A stretch of 64,000 nucleotides of DNA from an uncultured Pseudomonadales bacterium (lineage in GTDB: Bacteria > Patescibacteriota > Microgenomatia > UBA1400 > UBA1396). Numbering within the stretch: the first letter of the stretch is position 1; each line of letters opens with the position of its first letter. The notes below the pieces were generated by a model. That model was not told the origin of the DNA and made no database searches. It saw only the letters and a program-made list of their open reading frames with translations. The DNA lies in the NCBI GenBank assembly GCA_964603945.1, contig CAZRWP010000005.1, forward strand, positions 432-64,431, given 5' to 3'. Below, piece after piece: positions 1-8,521 of this stretch. The translations under genes were made by a program, and so were the position numbers.

Positions 1-1
1 T

Positions 2-187
2 AAATATGTCAGAGCCATGCCCTTTGATACTCGACAAGAGGCGGTTAAATTTGCTAGAAATGTAGTGTCAAGATGGCGTGAAAAACCGCCGGAGATAACA
101 AGTTATAGTGGCATTAACTTAGCCTGGCAAGTAAACCCAAATGAAATAATTAGGTTGGCTGAATTAGCTGATTCACTTACTCGATAA
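2..187 (+). CDS. 3' end of a hypothetical protein (truncated by window edge); paralog of the next ORF
   Basis: Frame 2 is open from base 2 to TAA 185-187: KYVRAMPFDTRQEAVKFARNVVSRWREKPPEITSYSGINLAWQVNPNEIIRLAELADSLTR*. It aligns by eye with the C-terminal part of the 285-806 product. Confidence 0.7.
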   Translation, partial: KYVRAMPFDTRQEAVKFARNVVSRWREKPPEITSYSGINLAWQVNPNEIIRLAELADSLTR

Positions 188-284
188 GATTGGTTAGATC
201 AATTATCTCCGTTGTGTAAGGCATTTCTTAGATAAGAACTTTTAATATTTGACTCAAGTGTATCAAACTGTAAAATACAACTCT

Positions 285-806
285 ATGAACAATCGCAATT
301 ATGATGATGGACAAAACTGGGATGATGAAAGATATGGAAGTTTTGATTGGCTTAATCCCTTAGAAAGTAATGAATCAGAAGCACATCAAGAGGGAGAAGA
401 TGAGCCAACAGGTGTAATAATGACCTTCGAATATCCGGCTGATCCGGATGAAACTTCAGATGATCCTGATTTTGAAGTCTATATGAAACGCGATTCTCAA
501 GAATTAGGCCTTTCAATTATTTGCTTCCCCACTCTTCATAGAGAAATGCATCTCTTATTGTTCCTTGATGAATCAATTGATAAAGATCCAGAACCTGATA
601 AAAACATTGGGCAATATGTTAGGCTCCAGAAATTTCTAACTTTTGAGGCCGCTGAGGAGCATGCAAAGGCTTTGATATTTGACTGGAAGCAATCGGGAGT
701 TGTTAATACTGATAAAAAAGGTAATGTCTGGGGAATTTCAGCGGCTCGCTTAATAACCGCGGCCTTAAAAAATCCCATGGAACAAGCATTCATTAATTCA
801 AATTAA
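285..806 (+). CDS. hypothetical protein, acidic N-terminus
   Basis: ORF track 249..806. The ATG at 285 is preceded by TAAAAT (271-276). No recognisable domain. Confidence 0.7.
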   Translation: MNNRNYDDGQNWDDERYGSFDWLNPLESNESEAHQEGEDEPTGVIMTFEYPADPDETSDDPDFEVYMKRDSQELGLSIICFPTLHREMHLLLFLDESIDKDPEPDKNIGQYVRLQKFLTFEAAEEHAKALIFDWKQSGVVNTDKKGNVWGISAARLITAALKNPMEQAFINSN

Positions 807-900
807 GTTAATTCGAGTTAATAGCTAAGTATTACGATTTTATTAAATTATCCCAAACCTAGCCTAACTATAATGGTTATTGCTGTATAATTGTCTGATT

Positions 901-1092
901 ATGGCAAAAAGAATTATATCTGAACCTGAACAAGCAAGAATCATGGCTAAGGCCGCAAAATCTGGCGACCCACATAAAATTGCCTTAGCTATGGCACAAC
1001 TTAACGGCCAAAGCCGAGAAGCATATCTAAATGCTATTGATGGTCAACAGCCTTGCGCTCCGTGTGAAAAGCCTTTAGACAACCTCAGATAA
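901..1092 (+). CDS. small hypothetical protein with C-terminal CxxC (CAPC)
   Basis: ORF 880..1092. The ATG at 901 follows TATAAT (885-890). Confidence 0.5.
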   Translation: MAKRIISEPEQARIMAKAAKSGDPHKIALAMAQLNGQSREAYLNAIDGQQPCAPCEKPLDNLR

Positions 1093-1121
1093 ATTTGCTG
1101 AAAAATAACTATTTTCTTGTG

Positions 1122-1195
1122 TGGCTGCTAGAGGACTCGAACCTCTGACCTCTCGAATGTGAATCGAACGCTCTAACCAACTGAGCTAAGCAGCC
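1122..1195 (-). tRNA. tRNA-Val(CAC), CCA not encoded
   Basis: Reverse complement GGCTGCTTAGCTCAGTTGGTTAGAGCGTTCGATTCACATTCGAGAGGTCAGAGGTTCGAGTCCTCTAGCAGCCA folds as a cloverleaf with anticodon loop TT-CAC-AT. Confidence 0.95.
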
Positions 1196-1353
1196 TCGAG
1201 AGTGTTATTGTACTACGAGAGCCGCCGTCAGTCAGATATATTTTCAAAACTATAACTTTGCATTTAAAATACTTTATACAAATATACTTTTTTAGAATCC
1301 AACCAAAAATGATGCAAAAAATCTGCTTACCCCTGGTATAATTGGCGCCTAAT

Positions 1354-2115
1354 ATGACACATTTGGAAAATGACTCAAATATAATGCCTGATGATAGTCA
1401 TGAATTTGTGGATGAATTCGACTCGAAAGAAGAGCATGTTGATGAGTCAATAGTCACGCACTCAGAAACTTTGGGTCACAAACTATTTCCATTTTTGCTA
1501 ATAATATTGGCCATTATCGGTTTAAAGTATGAAAATGACAAGGCGCAAGAGCAGCAAGATAGAGCTAAATTTGCCAGTTGCACCGCAACTTGGATAGTCA
1601 AGCAAGGCGATACTGTCACTAAAATTGCCGAGTCAACAGGAAATACGGTAGAAGAACTAGTTCAGGAAAACAATCTTTCCAATCCAGACTTCATAGTAGT
1701 TGATCAAGTATTGTGTATCAAAGAATCTAATGACAATAATCCTTCACCTTCAAAAATAAATGGCTCAGACTCAGAGACAAGTGGGCAAGAAAAAGTGAAT
1801 GAACCTTCAATTGACGACGACGGTTATGCTGATCGATCAAATAATGACCCAATTTCCGAGCAATTTTGGGAATCTGAAGTCTTTAAAACAAGGGCATTAG
1901 ATTTCGGAGTTGATTTAGATGAATTACTTGAACAAATTCAAGGTATTGATCTTGATGAGTTGAATCCTTCAGAATTGCTGATATATTTTATGCTTGTCGT
2001 GGCAGTCTACAAGCTTATTGATGTAGCAATTCCAGAAAAAGTTAAAGAATTCTTTGTAACCTTAATTGCCTTAAGACATTTACTAGCTTCTAGAAATGAC
2101 TCTGAAAACGATTAA
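1354..2115 (+). CDS. membrane-anchored LysM peptidoglycan-binding protein
   Basis: TM helix (LFPFLLIILAIIGL), LysM motif WIVKQGDTVTKIA...NNLSNPDFIVVDQVLCI, and a second hydrophobic stretch near the C-terminus. Confidence 0.8.
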   Translation: MTHLENDSNIMPDDSHEFVDEFDSKEEHVDESIVTHSETLGHKLFPFLLIILAIIGLKYENDKAQEQQDRAKFASCTATWIVKQGDTVTKIAESTGNTVEELVQENNLSNPDFIVVDQVLCIKESNDNNPSPSKINGSDSETSGQEKVNEPSIDDDGYADRSNNDPISEQFWESEVFKTRALDFGVDLDELLEQIQGIDLDELNPSELLIYFMLVVAVYKLIDVAIPEKVKEFFVTLIALRHLLASRNDSEND

Positions 2116-2155
2116 TTTAGCTTGGAATAATTCTTAGAGACATTGTCCTTAAAAC

Positions 2156-3262
2156 TTAGCTTAAAATATCGGCTTGCTTCAAAATATCTTCCACTTCCTG
2201 AGCGGATTCAACTTGCATTAATTGCTCGCGTAGCTTGGCGGCTCCAGGCATACCCTTGATATACCAAGCTAAATGTTTACGCATTGGCCAGAAGATAGCT
2301 TCCGGATAAAGTTTCTCATAAATTTGGCTGTGTAAGACGGCTAACTCTTGAGAATTTGGGGCTGGTTTAGACAGAATGGCAGGTTTAGGAAAATAAAAGG
2401 TTTGATCTCGCCATTGTCTGAGTTCTCGCAGGATTTGCGGATTGCCGTAGGTGGCGCGGCCGATCAGCCAGCCATCCACCTTGGTTTCTTCCAAGCGTTG
2501 TTTAGCTGATTCAACACTATCAATATCACCATTGCCGATAATCAAGGTAGGCGAGTTTTGCGCGTTCCTGACTTGTACCGCCTTACCAATCTCCGACCAA
2601 TCGGCCGCGCCAGAGTACATTTGTTTTAAAGTCCGACCATGCAAGGAAATGGCCGCCAATTCAAACTTCAATAAAAAGCTAATCCACTCCTTGGTCACCG
2701 GTTGGTCATAGCCAACTCTGGTTTTAACCGAAACTGGAAGCAAGCGGCGCTGTTGATATTCAGTTGGTAAAGCCTTATGACGCTCTAAAATTATTTTCTT
2801 AGTTTTTTGCTTGAGTTTGGGGATGTCGTCTAACGTTTTGCCGTCCGCAAAGTCCTGAATTCCGGCTTGCACAGCCTGAATTAACTGCCCAGCCAGATCT
2901 GGATTTTGAATTAAAGCAGCGCCACTGCCATGTTGCTCTACATTTTTAGCTGGACAACCCATGTTAATGTCAATGCCATCAAAACCCAGGTAGCCCAAAA
3001 TTAAGGCTGTAGACCTGAAAGCCTCCGGATCCTTGCCAAAAATCTGGGCAACTATTGGGCGCTGTGACTCATCAAATAAAAAATCTTTAAATAACTTGGT
3101 CGCGTTATGGCTTATGCCCTCAGCGGAAGTAAATTCCGTCATGATTAAGTCAGGTTGCCCATACTTTTTCATAATGAACCGATAGGCCTGGTCCGTTACG
3201 CCATCCATCGGACTCAAACCAATTAGCGGCTTGGGCAGATTGGCCCAGAATCCCTGTGTCAT
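2156..3262 (-). CDS. dus: tRNA-dihydrouridine synthase (Dus family)
   Basis: LSPMDGVTD, GIDINMGCPAK, GSGAALI, PVSVKTRVG, LHGRT, IGNGDI, IGRA and MRKHLAWY motifs. Confidence 0.93.
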   Translation of the reverse strand: MTQGFWANLPKPLIGLSPMDGVTDQAYRFIMKKYGQPDLIMTEFTSAEGISHNATKLFKDFLFDESQRPIVAQIFGKDPEAFRSTALILGYLGFDGIDINMGCPAKNVEQHGSGAALIQNPDLAGQLIQAVQAGIQDFADGKTLDDIPKLKQKTKKIILERHKALPTEYQQRRLLPVSVKTRVGYDQPVTKEWISFLLKFELAAISLHGRTLKQMYSGAADWSEIGKAVQVRNAQNSPTLIIGNGDIDSVESAKQRLEETKVDGWLIGRATYGNPQILRELRQWRDQTFYFPKPAILSKPAPNSQELAVLHSQIYEKLYPEAIFWPMRKHLAWYIKGMPGAAKLREQLMQVESAQEVEDILKQADILS

Positions 3263-3322
3263 AAGAACTGTATTATACGGGGAAATTAGTGGCTGATCTG
3301 GTGAAGATCATGTTTGGCATAT

Positions 3323-3542
3323 AAATCTAACATAAAACTAACAGCTTGGCTTCAAATCTAACAGAAAACTAACAGTTTGGTCTCAAATCTAACATAAAAC
3401 TAACAGTGTGACGTCAAATCAAACAGAAAACTAACAAATACTATCAAAATTCTAACGAAACCTAACGCAAAACTAACAGCTTGGTCTCAAATCTAACACA
3501 AAACTAACAAAAAATTTCCCAATTCTAACAAAAAACTAACAA
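3323..3542. repeat. non-coding tandem array of about 7 units of ~31 bp; consensus AAATCTAACAnAAAACTAACAG plus ~9 variable nt
   Basis: Units start at 3323, 3354, 3385, 3416, 3458, 3489 and 3521, with an extra partial unit at ~3447. CTAAC recurs at alternating ~11 and ~20 bp. Confidence 0.92.
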
Positions 3543-3543
3543 T

Positions 3544-5382
3544 TTACGGCCAACGTGCCTGAACCAATTCCTCTAAATCCCTGCCAAGAATTTGCCTTGC
3601 GCTAGGCGTAAGCCAACCATTAAGTTTAAAATTCTCGAGTTTGCCAGTAGCTTGTGCCAAAAAAGATTGAGCTGACGTTAAATCATCAGCTGATTCAATA
3701 GCCACAACTTTTTCTAAAAACCATTCAATCAACCAGGGAGAATTAAGTTGATGATCAGATAACATCGACACCAACTCCACTTGGCTAATAACCTTAAATT
3801 CGGCCATTGGTCGCCAGACCAAAGAGTTAGATTCCTTATAAAACTCAATCGAAAGCGGATAATTATCAATCTGCCCAGGCAAAAGCCAATTCAGCTGTTG
3901 GACATTGCCGTCAGATTTATAAATAAACAGCTCAACCTGCCGCGGTGAGGCTCCATAATTAGCCAGATTAAGCAAAAGCTCACCCTCTGGTGGCTTGGGC
4001 CAGTCGTAAACCCAAGCTGGACGATTTTCATATGACTCGAAAATTGGCTGAATAATCTGTTGAGCTTGTTCAACCAAGACACCAGACTCGGTCCAAATGG
4101 AAATCGCACTAAGATCGGTATTTGAAGGTGTAAATAGACGCGCAGACAGCCATGTATTATCAAAATCCAACAATGAATCATAAATATTTGCCGGATCGAT
4201 TATCAATCCGATTTCTAAAGCTGAATTAAAACCATTGACCACCACAAAATGGTTAGGCTGAGCCAAAATAACGGGCAAGGAGCGCCAAAGTTGAACCTGC
4301 AACCAAGTCAGATAATCATTAGGCCGGTTTTCAAACGTGAACTCTAAAGCCGAAGTCTGCCAAGTTTCCTTTATTTGCTGAGATAAGCGAGTTAAGGCTC
4401 GCCAGTTTAGCCAACCAGAGTTAACATAACCATCTGTTTGCGAGTTAAGCCAGGTATTTAAAGTATCTGGCGTCAAAAACTGTCCATCCGGCAGTTTGTC
4501 TAAGCCAAAATAATTAAAAACCATGACAGCACTGGTCAAGGCACAGCCTCAACGCCCAATAGTTGGGTCATTAGGTGACCAGAAATTGCCAGAATCATAT
4601 TCCAAATCACTCCAGCGGGGATCGGTTTGCGTAAACTCCGGCACCGGCAAGGAAATAGTTTGATCAGAATCAGACTCCCATAGTTGCCAATTGTCGTAAC
4701 TGACCTTAGAAATATTGCGCGCCGCGCCTACACTGCCGGCTAAACCTGGAACTCCGGTTAATAGCTTAGGGTCATCTGAAAGTTCAGTAAAAATATGTGT
4801 TTCTATATCATTAATCGTCAGCTTGATCTGACCAAGTTCGCGCTGATACTCAATTTCCAGGTCATACGGCTGATATGTATTAAATTTTGTGGTTCTATAT
4901 GATGGTTGAATTTGATACGACTGACCGTTAATAACTTTTTCGGCGTAAATGGCGCGATCAAACTGATGAAAGCCTAAATAATTATCCTGATCTTGCCATA
5001 AAACCAGCCAATTAAAATCAGCCAGTGGCCACTGGGGCGTAAACGTAAAGTTAAGTTTGAAGTGATTGGTAAAAAGCGGTTCTGACGGCAAATCTAGTAA
5101 CCAGTCAGGTTGAATAACGACTTTACAAGGCACTGAACCGTTGATAAACAGCTGAGCTTGATTATCAAAAATTTGCCAACTCTCGCGATCCGAAAATTGA
5201 GTTCGACAGGGCAGAGTAGGATCTAAAAGCTGGCCATTAAAGGTTTCCCGCCACTTATCAAGTCCAAACCACTCAAAGTTGTCAGCCATAATTAAGTGAT
5301 CAGCGGCTTTAGCAGAGCCAATATTAAAACAAAGCCAAAATAATGAAAATAAAAATGAAAATACTACTAATACTAAGCGCAC
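3544..5382 (-). pseudogene. secreted protein (signal peptide, beta-rich domain, C39-like cysteine peptidase) interrupted by one in-frame TGA at 4549-4551
   Basis: ORFs 4549..5382 and 3544..4539 are in the same frame and the junction reads ATT GGG CGT TGA GGC TGT GCC TTG ACC AGT = IGR*GCALTS. Also LPVPEFTQTDPRW upstream and HFVVV...IIDP downstream (Cys-His-Asp layout of C39-like peptidases). Confidence 0.78.
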
Positions 5383-5423
5383 AGCTGTACTAAATCAGTC
5401 AAAACTAACAAACTCCTAGCAGT

Positions 5424-5429
5424 TATACT
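5424..5429 (+). promoter_or_regulatory. putative -10 box (TATACT) 6 nt before the GT2 start codon; leaderless-type promoter
   Basis: gtTATACTattctcATG with no Shine-Dalgarno. The same geometry recurs at many genes in the window. Confidence 0.6.
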
Positions 5430-5435
5430 ATTCTC

Positions 5436-6452
5436 ATGGCTGAAAACCGCGATAAACAACAGTTAAAAGATCGCGTCTCAGTTGTGATCACGGTAAAAAA
5501 TGACGCCGATGCTCTGCGCGATCTCCTCAATTTGTTAAACAAACAGAGCCGCTTGCCTGATGAAGTAGTAATTACCGTGGCTGGATTTGACTCTGAAAAT
5601 GAAAACTTCACGCTGGCAGTGGCTAAGGCCTGGCGGCCGCGCCAGGGTACCAAGCAGGTCATTACAGTTGGCAATGCCACCAGAGGGCAAGGCCGGAATT
5701 TAGGTGTCGCGGCCGCCCAACACGACTTGATAGTTTTTACCGACGCCGGTTGTTACCCCCAAGCTGAGTGGCTGGACAATTTGCTCAAGCCATTTACCAA
5801 ATCAACCAAAACTAAGCTGGTCAGCGGCTTTACTTGGGTCAAAAACAGCTCTGCTTGGCAAGAAGCGCAAGGTCTAATGGTCTTGGTGCCACTTGAGGAA
5901 ATAGGTTCGCATCCCTTGCCAGCTACCCGCAACATGGCCATTCGCCGATCGGCTTTTAATCAGGCCAAGGGGTTTAAATCTCAGCTAAATTATGCCGAAG
6001 ATTACGATCTTGCCAAGCGTCTTCAGCGCCTTGGTATCAAAAGTGAGTTTGCACCAGGCGCCAAAGTTATTTGGCAAGGACGAGCCAATATATTTAGTTA
6101 TTTCACCATGATTTTCAACCTAACTAAAGGTGACATACTAGCCAAAACCTGGCGACTTGGCCATTTAACCATGTGGTTACGCTACATGGCATTTATATTC
6201 GCTGTCTGGCTAACTATTCATTATTTTGAAGAACCAAGGAGTATTATTTTCAGTATTTGGATTTACCTGGCTTATCTGATGTCCAAAACCCTGAAATTTA
6301 CCTTTACAAACCGTTTAAGTTATATTTGGATACCTTTGCTACAATTAGTTACAGATATGGCAGTACTGAGTGGCATCGCCGCTGGCTTGATGACTCTAAT
6401 GTTGACAAAATTCATTGCCATTTTTACCGATTCTTCAGAAAGCTTGAGCTAA
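5436..6452 (+). CDS. glycosyltransferase family 2
   Basis: VSVVITVKND, GRNLGV, FTDAGC (DxD-like), AEDYDL and C-terminal TM helices. Confidence 0.88.
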   Translation: MAENRDKQQLKDRVSVVITVKNDADALRDLLNLLNKQSRLPDEVVITVAGFDSENENFTLAVAKAWRPRQGTKQVITVGNATRGQGRNLGVAAAQHDLIVFTDAGCYPQAEWLDNLLKPFTKSTKTKLVSGFTWVKNSSAWQEAQGLMVLVPLEEIGSHPLPATRNMAIRRSAFNQAKGFKSQLNYAEDYDLAKRLQRLGIKSEFAPGAKVIWQGRANIFSYFTMIFNLTKGDILAKTWRLGHLTMWLRYMAFIFAVWLTIHYFEEPRSIIFSIWIYLAYLMSKTLKFTFTNRLSYIWIPLLQLVTDMAVLSGIAAGLMTLMLTKFIAIFTDSSESLS

Positions 6453-6453
6453 C

Positions 6454-7731
6454 ATGAACTTATTAAGATCACATTTGGTTGAGCTGTGGCAATCGCCGGT
6501 GATCCGCGGTTTTTCCTTCATGTCCTTAATGCGTTACAGCACTAAAGGCATGTCATTATTGCGCCTAGTAATTGTGGCTCGCTTATTAGGTTCATCAGCG
6601 CCATATGAGTTAGGAACTTTTGGCTTAGCTTTGCTTGTCATTGCTGTAACCGAGGTTTTCACCCAAACTGGCATCAACATAATTTTGATTAGAAGCCAAA
6701 AAACCTTAGATAAATACCTTGACACAGCCTGGATTATTTCAATAGTACGAGGATTTATTATTTCTTTGGCCATCTACTGGCTGACGCCATATTTAGTTAG
6801 TATTTTTGACAATCCAGATATAACCACCTATTTGCATTGGGCCTTGCTGGTGCCAATTTTGCGTGGCTTTATCAATCCAGCCATTATCCGTTATCAACAG
6901 ACGTTGGCTTTCGGCCATGAATCATTATTCCGCGTTAGTTTGCAGTTAATCGATATTTTGTCTGGCTTAATATTTGTTTTTCTAGCCGGAAGTGCAATTG
7001 GTTTGATTTGGGGTGTGGTTGTTGGCGTAGCGGCTGAAGTAATTTTATCTTTTATCTTATTCCGACCGTGTCCTGCCTGGTGGAAATTTAAGCTCTCCCT
7101 ACTTTGGCCATTATTCTCTGAAACAAAATACGTCATTGTTAATGGCATTGTTACCTATCTAAATGAGAACTTGGATGACTTGATAATTGCGCGCTTACTG
7201 GGAACTTCAGGCTTAGGCTTTTATCAGATGGCTTACAAATTATCGAGCGCGGTCACGATTGAAATTGGTAATACATTGCGCGATACCCTTTATCCAGTTT
7301 ACGCAAAATTGGTTAACAAACCGCTTGAAATGGCAAAATTAATCGATTCGGTTCAGTGGCGACTACTCAATTGGAATGTGCTGGTAATTTTGCCAGGCTT
7401 TATTTTGGCTGGTCCAGTCATTCGCTTGCTTTTAGGTGAAGATTGGCAAAGAATTGTCTCGGCTGTGCAAATTTTGCTAATCAGCGGCGCCTTGCGTGGC
7501 ATGATGAACAGTTGGTTCCCGGTCTTTATTCTTAGTGATCATGTCAGAATAAACTTCTTGATTAACAGCGCCAGCACTTTAATTATGGTGGTTGGCTTGT
7601 ATTTACTAATTCCGCATCTAGGCTTGCAAGGCTCAGCCATGGCCATCTTGCTATCTGTAGCGGTGGTGGCTCCGTTAATGTGGCAAGCCAAAACAATTGC
7701 TCTGCAGAAATTGGTAACTAAATATGGTTAA
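6454..7731 (+). CDS. polysaccharide flippase (Wzx/PST, MOP superfamily)
   Basis: Many TM segments, IVARLLG...ELGTFG, DDLIIARLLGTSGLGFYQMAY and LYPVYAKL. Confidence 0.87.
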   Translation: MNLLRSHLVELWQSPVIRGFSFMSLMRYSTKGMSLLRLVIVARLLGSSAPYELGTFGLALLVIAVTEVFTQTGINIILIRSQKTLDKYLDTAWIISIVRGFIISLAIYWLTPYLVSIFDNPDITTYLHWALLVPILRGFINPAIIRYQQTLAFGHESLFRVSLQLIDILSGLIFVFLAGSAIGLIWGVVVGVAAEVILSFILFRPCPAWWKFKLSLLWPLFSETKYVIVNGIVTYLNENLDDLIIARLLGTSGLGFYQMAYKLSSAVTIEIGNTLRDTLYPVYAKLVNKPLEMAKLIDSVQWRLLNWNVLVILPGFILAGPVIRLLLGEDWQRIVSAVQILLISGALRGMMNSWFPVFILSDHVRINFLINSASTLIMVVGLYLLIPHLGLQGSAMAILLSVAVVAPLMWQAKTIALQKLVTKYG

Positions 7732-8521
7732 CAGTTTGAGTCTGGCGATTTTGCATCGTAATCAAAGTCAGGAAATTACCGCGCTAATTGGCAAAGTTCC
7801 TGCTTGGATTTCTGAGATTTTAATAATTGATGATGACTCTACTGAATCTGAGTTATCTGCCTTATCTAAATTGGAAAAATCTAGACCTCAAGTCCGAGTT
7901 GTCAGCCACGCTTTGCAAAATGACTATTCTGCCCAGCGCAACTTTGCTTTGAGTCAGGCCCGAGGCAGTTGGACATTGTTTTTAGATGCCGATGAGCGTC
8001 CAGCGGGCGCGTTTTTTGATAAACTACAGCGCTTGCTTGAAAAGGAAGTCATTGAGGAATCTGGGGAGGGCGCCACCGCCTTTTCCATTATCCGCCATCA
8101 GGTATTTTTAGGCCGGGAATTACACCACGGCGACGGTGGCGCCCAGCGCCTGATCCGTTTAGCCAAAACCAAAGCCGGACAAGGTCGTTGGCGGCGCGCC
8201 GTGCATGAGGTCTGGGATTTCCCAACCAACCAAGTCAAACACTCAGACCTCACCATTACCCACCACAACTCAGCCAACATAACCGAATTTATAGCAAAGT
8301 TAAACCGCTACGCCGCTCTGGAGCCTGCGGTCAGACCTCGCCAGTCGCTTAGCACTCTACTAATACAACTGCTAATCTATCCTAAACTCAAATTATGCTA
8401 CAACTTCCTCTGGAAACGCGGAATAATTGACGGTTTTCCTGGTCTAGCTCACGCCTTATGCATGTCATATTATTCGGCGATTGTGCGCATCTATCTCTAT
8501 GAAAAACATCACACTAACTGA
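7724..8521 (+). CDS. glycosyltransferase family 2 (WaaE/KdtX-like)
   Basis: IIDDDST, DYSAQRNFAL, LFLDADER, VHE, KLNRYA and GIIDGFPG motifs. Overlaps the flippase stop. Confidence 0.88.
   Translation: MVNSLSLAILHRNQSQEITALIGKVPAWISEILIIDDDSTESELSALSKLEKSRPQVRVVSHALQNDYSAQRNFALSQARGSWTLFLDADERPAGAFFDKLQRLLEKEVIEESGEGATAFSIIRHQVFLGRELHHGDGGAQRLIRLAKTKAGQGRWRRAVHEVWDFPTNQVKHSDLTITHHNSANITEFIAKLNRYAALEPAVRPRQSLSTLLIQLLIYPKLKLCYNFLWKRGIIDGFPGLAHALCMSYYSAIVRIYLYEKHHTN

Noticed and set aside
3323-3542. CRISPR or TIGR-type guide array interpretation of the 31-bp repeats
   Set aside because: The variable parts are only ~9 nt and are related to one another (cttggcttc, tttggtctc, cttggtctc). There is one variable segment per unit, the repeat is not palindromic, and no cas or Nop-domain gene is in the window.
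3323-3542. Integron attC array (ATCTAAC matches RYYYAAC)
   Set aside because: All cores face the same way, with no paired inverted R''/R' boxes, no cassettes between them and no integrase.
4549-4551. Genetic code 25 or 4 (UGA as a sense codon)
   Set aside because: TGA terminates conserved genes at expected positions (aspS, cca, rarA), and long core genes contain no in-frame TGA.
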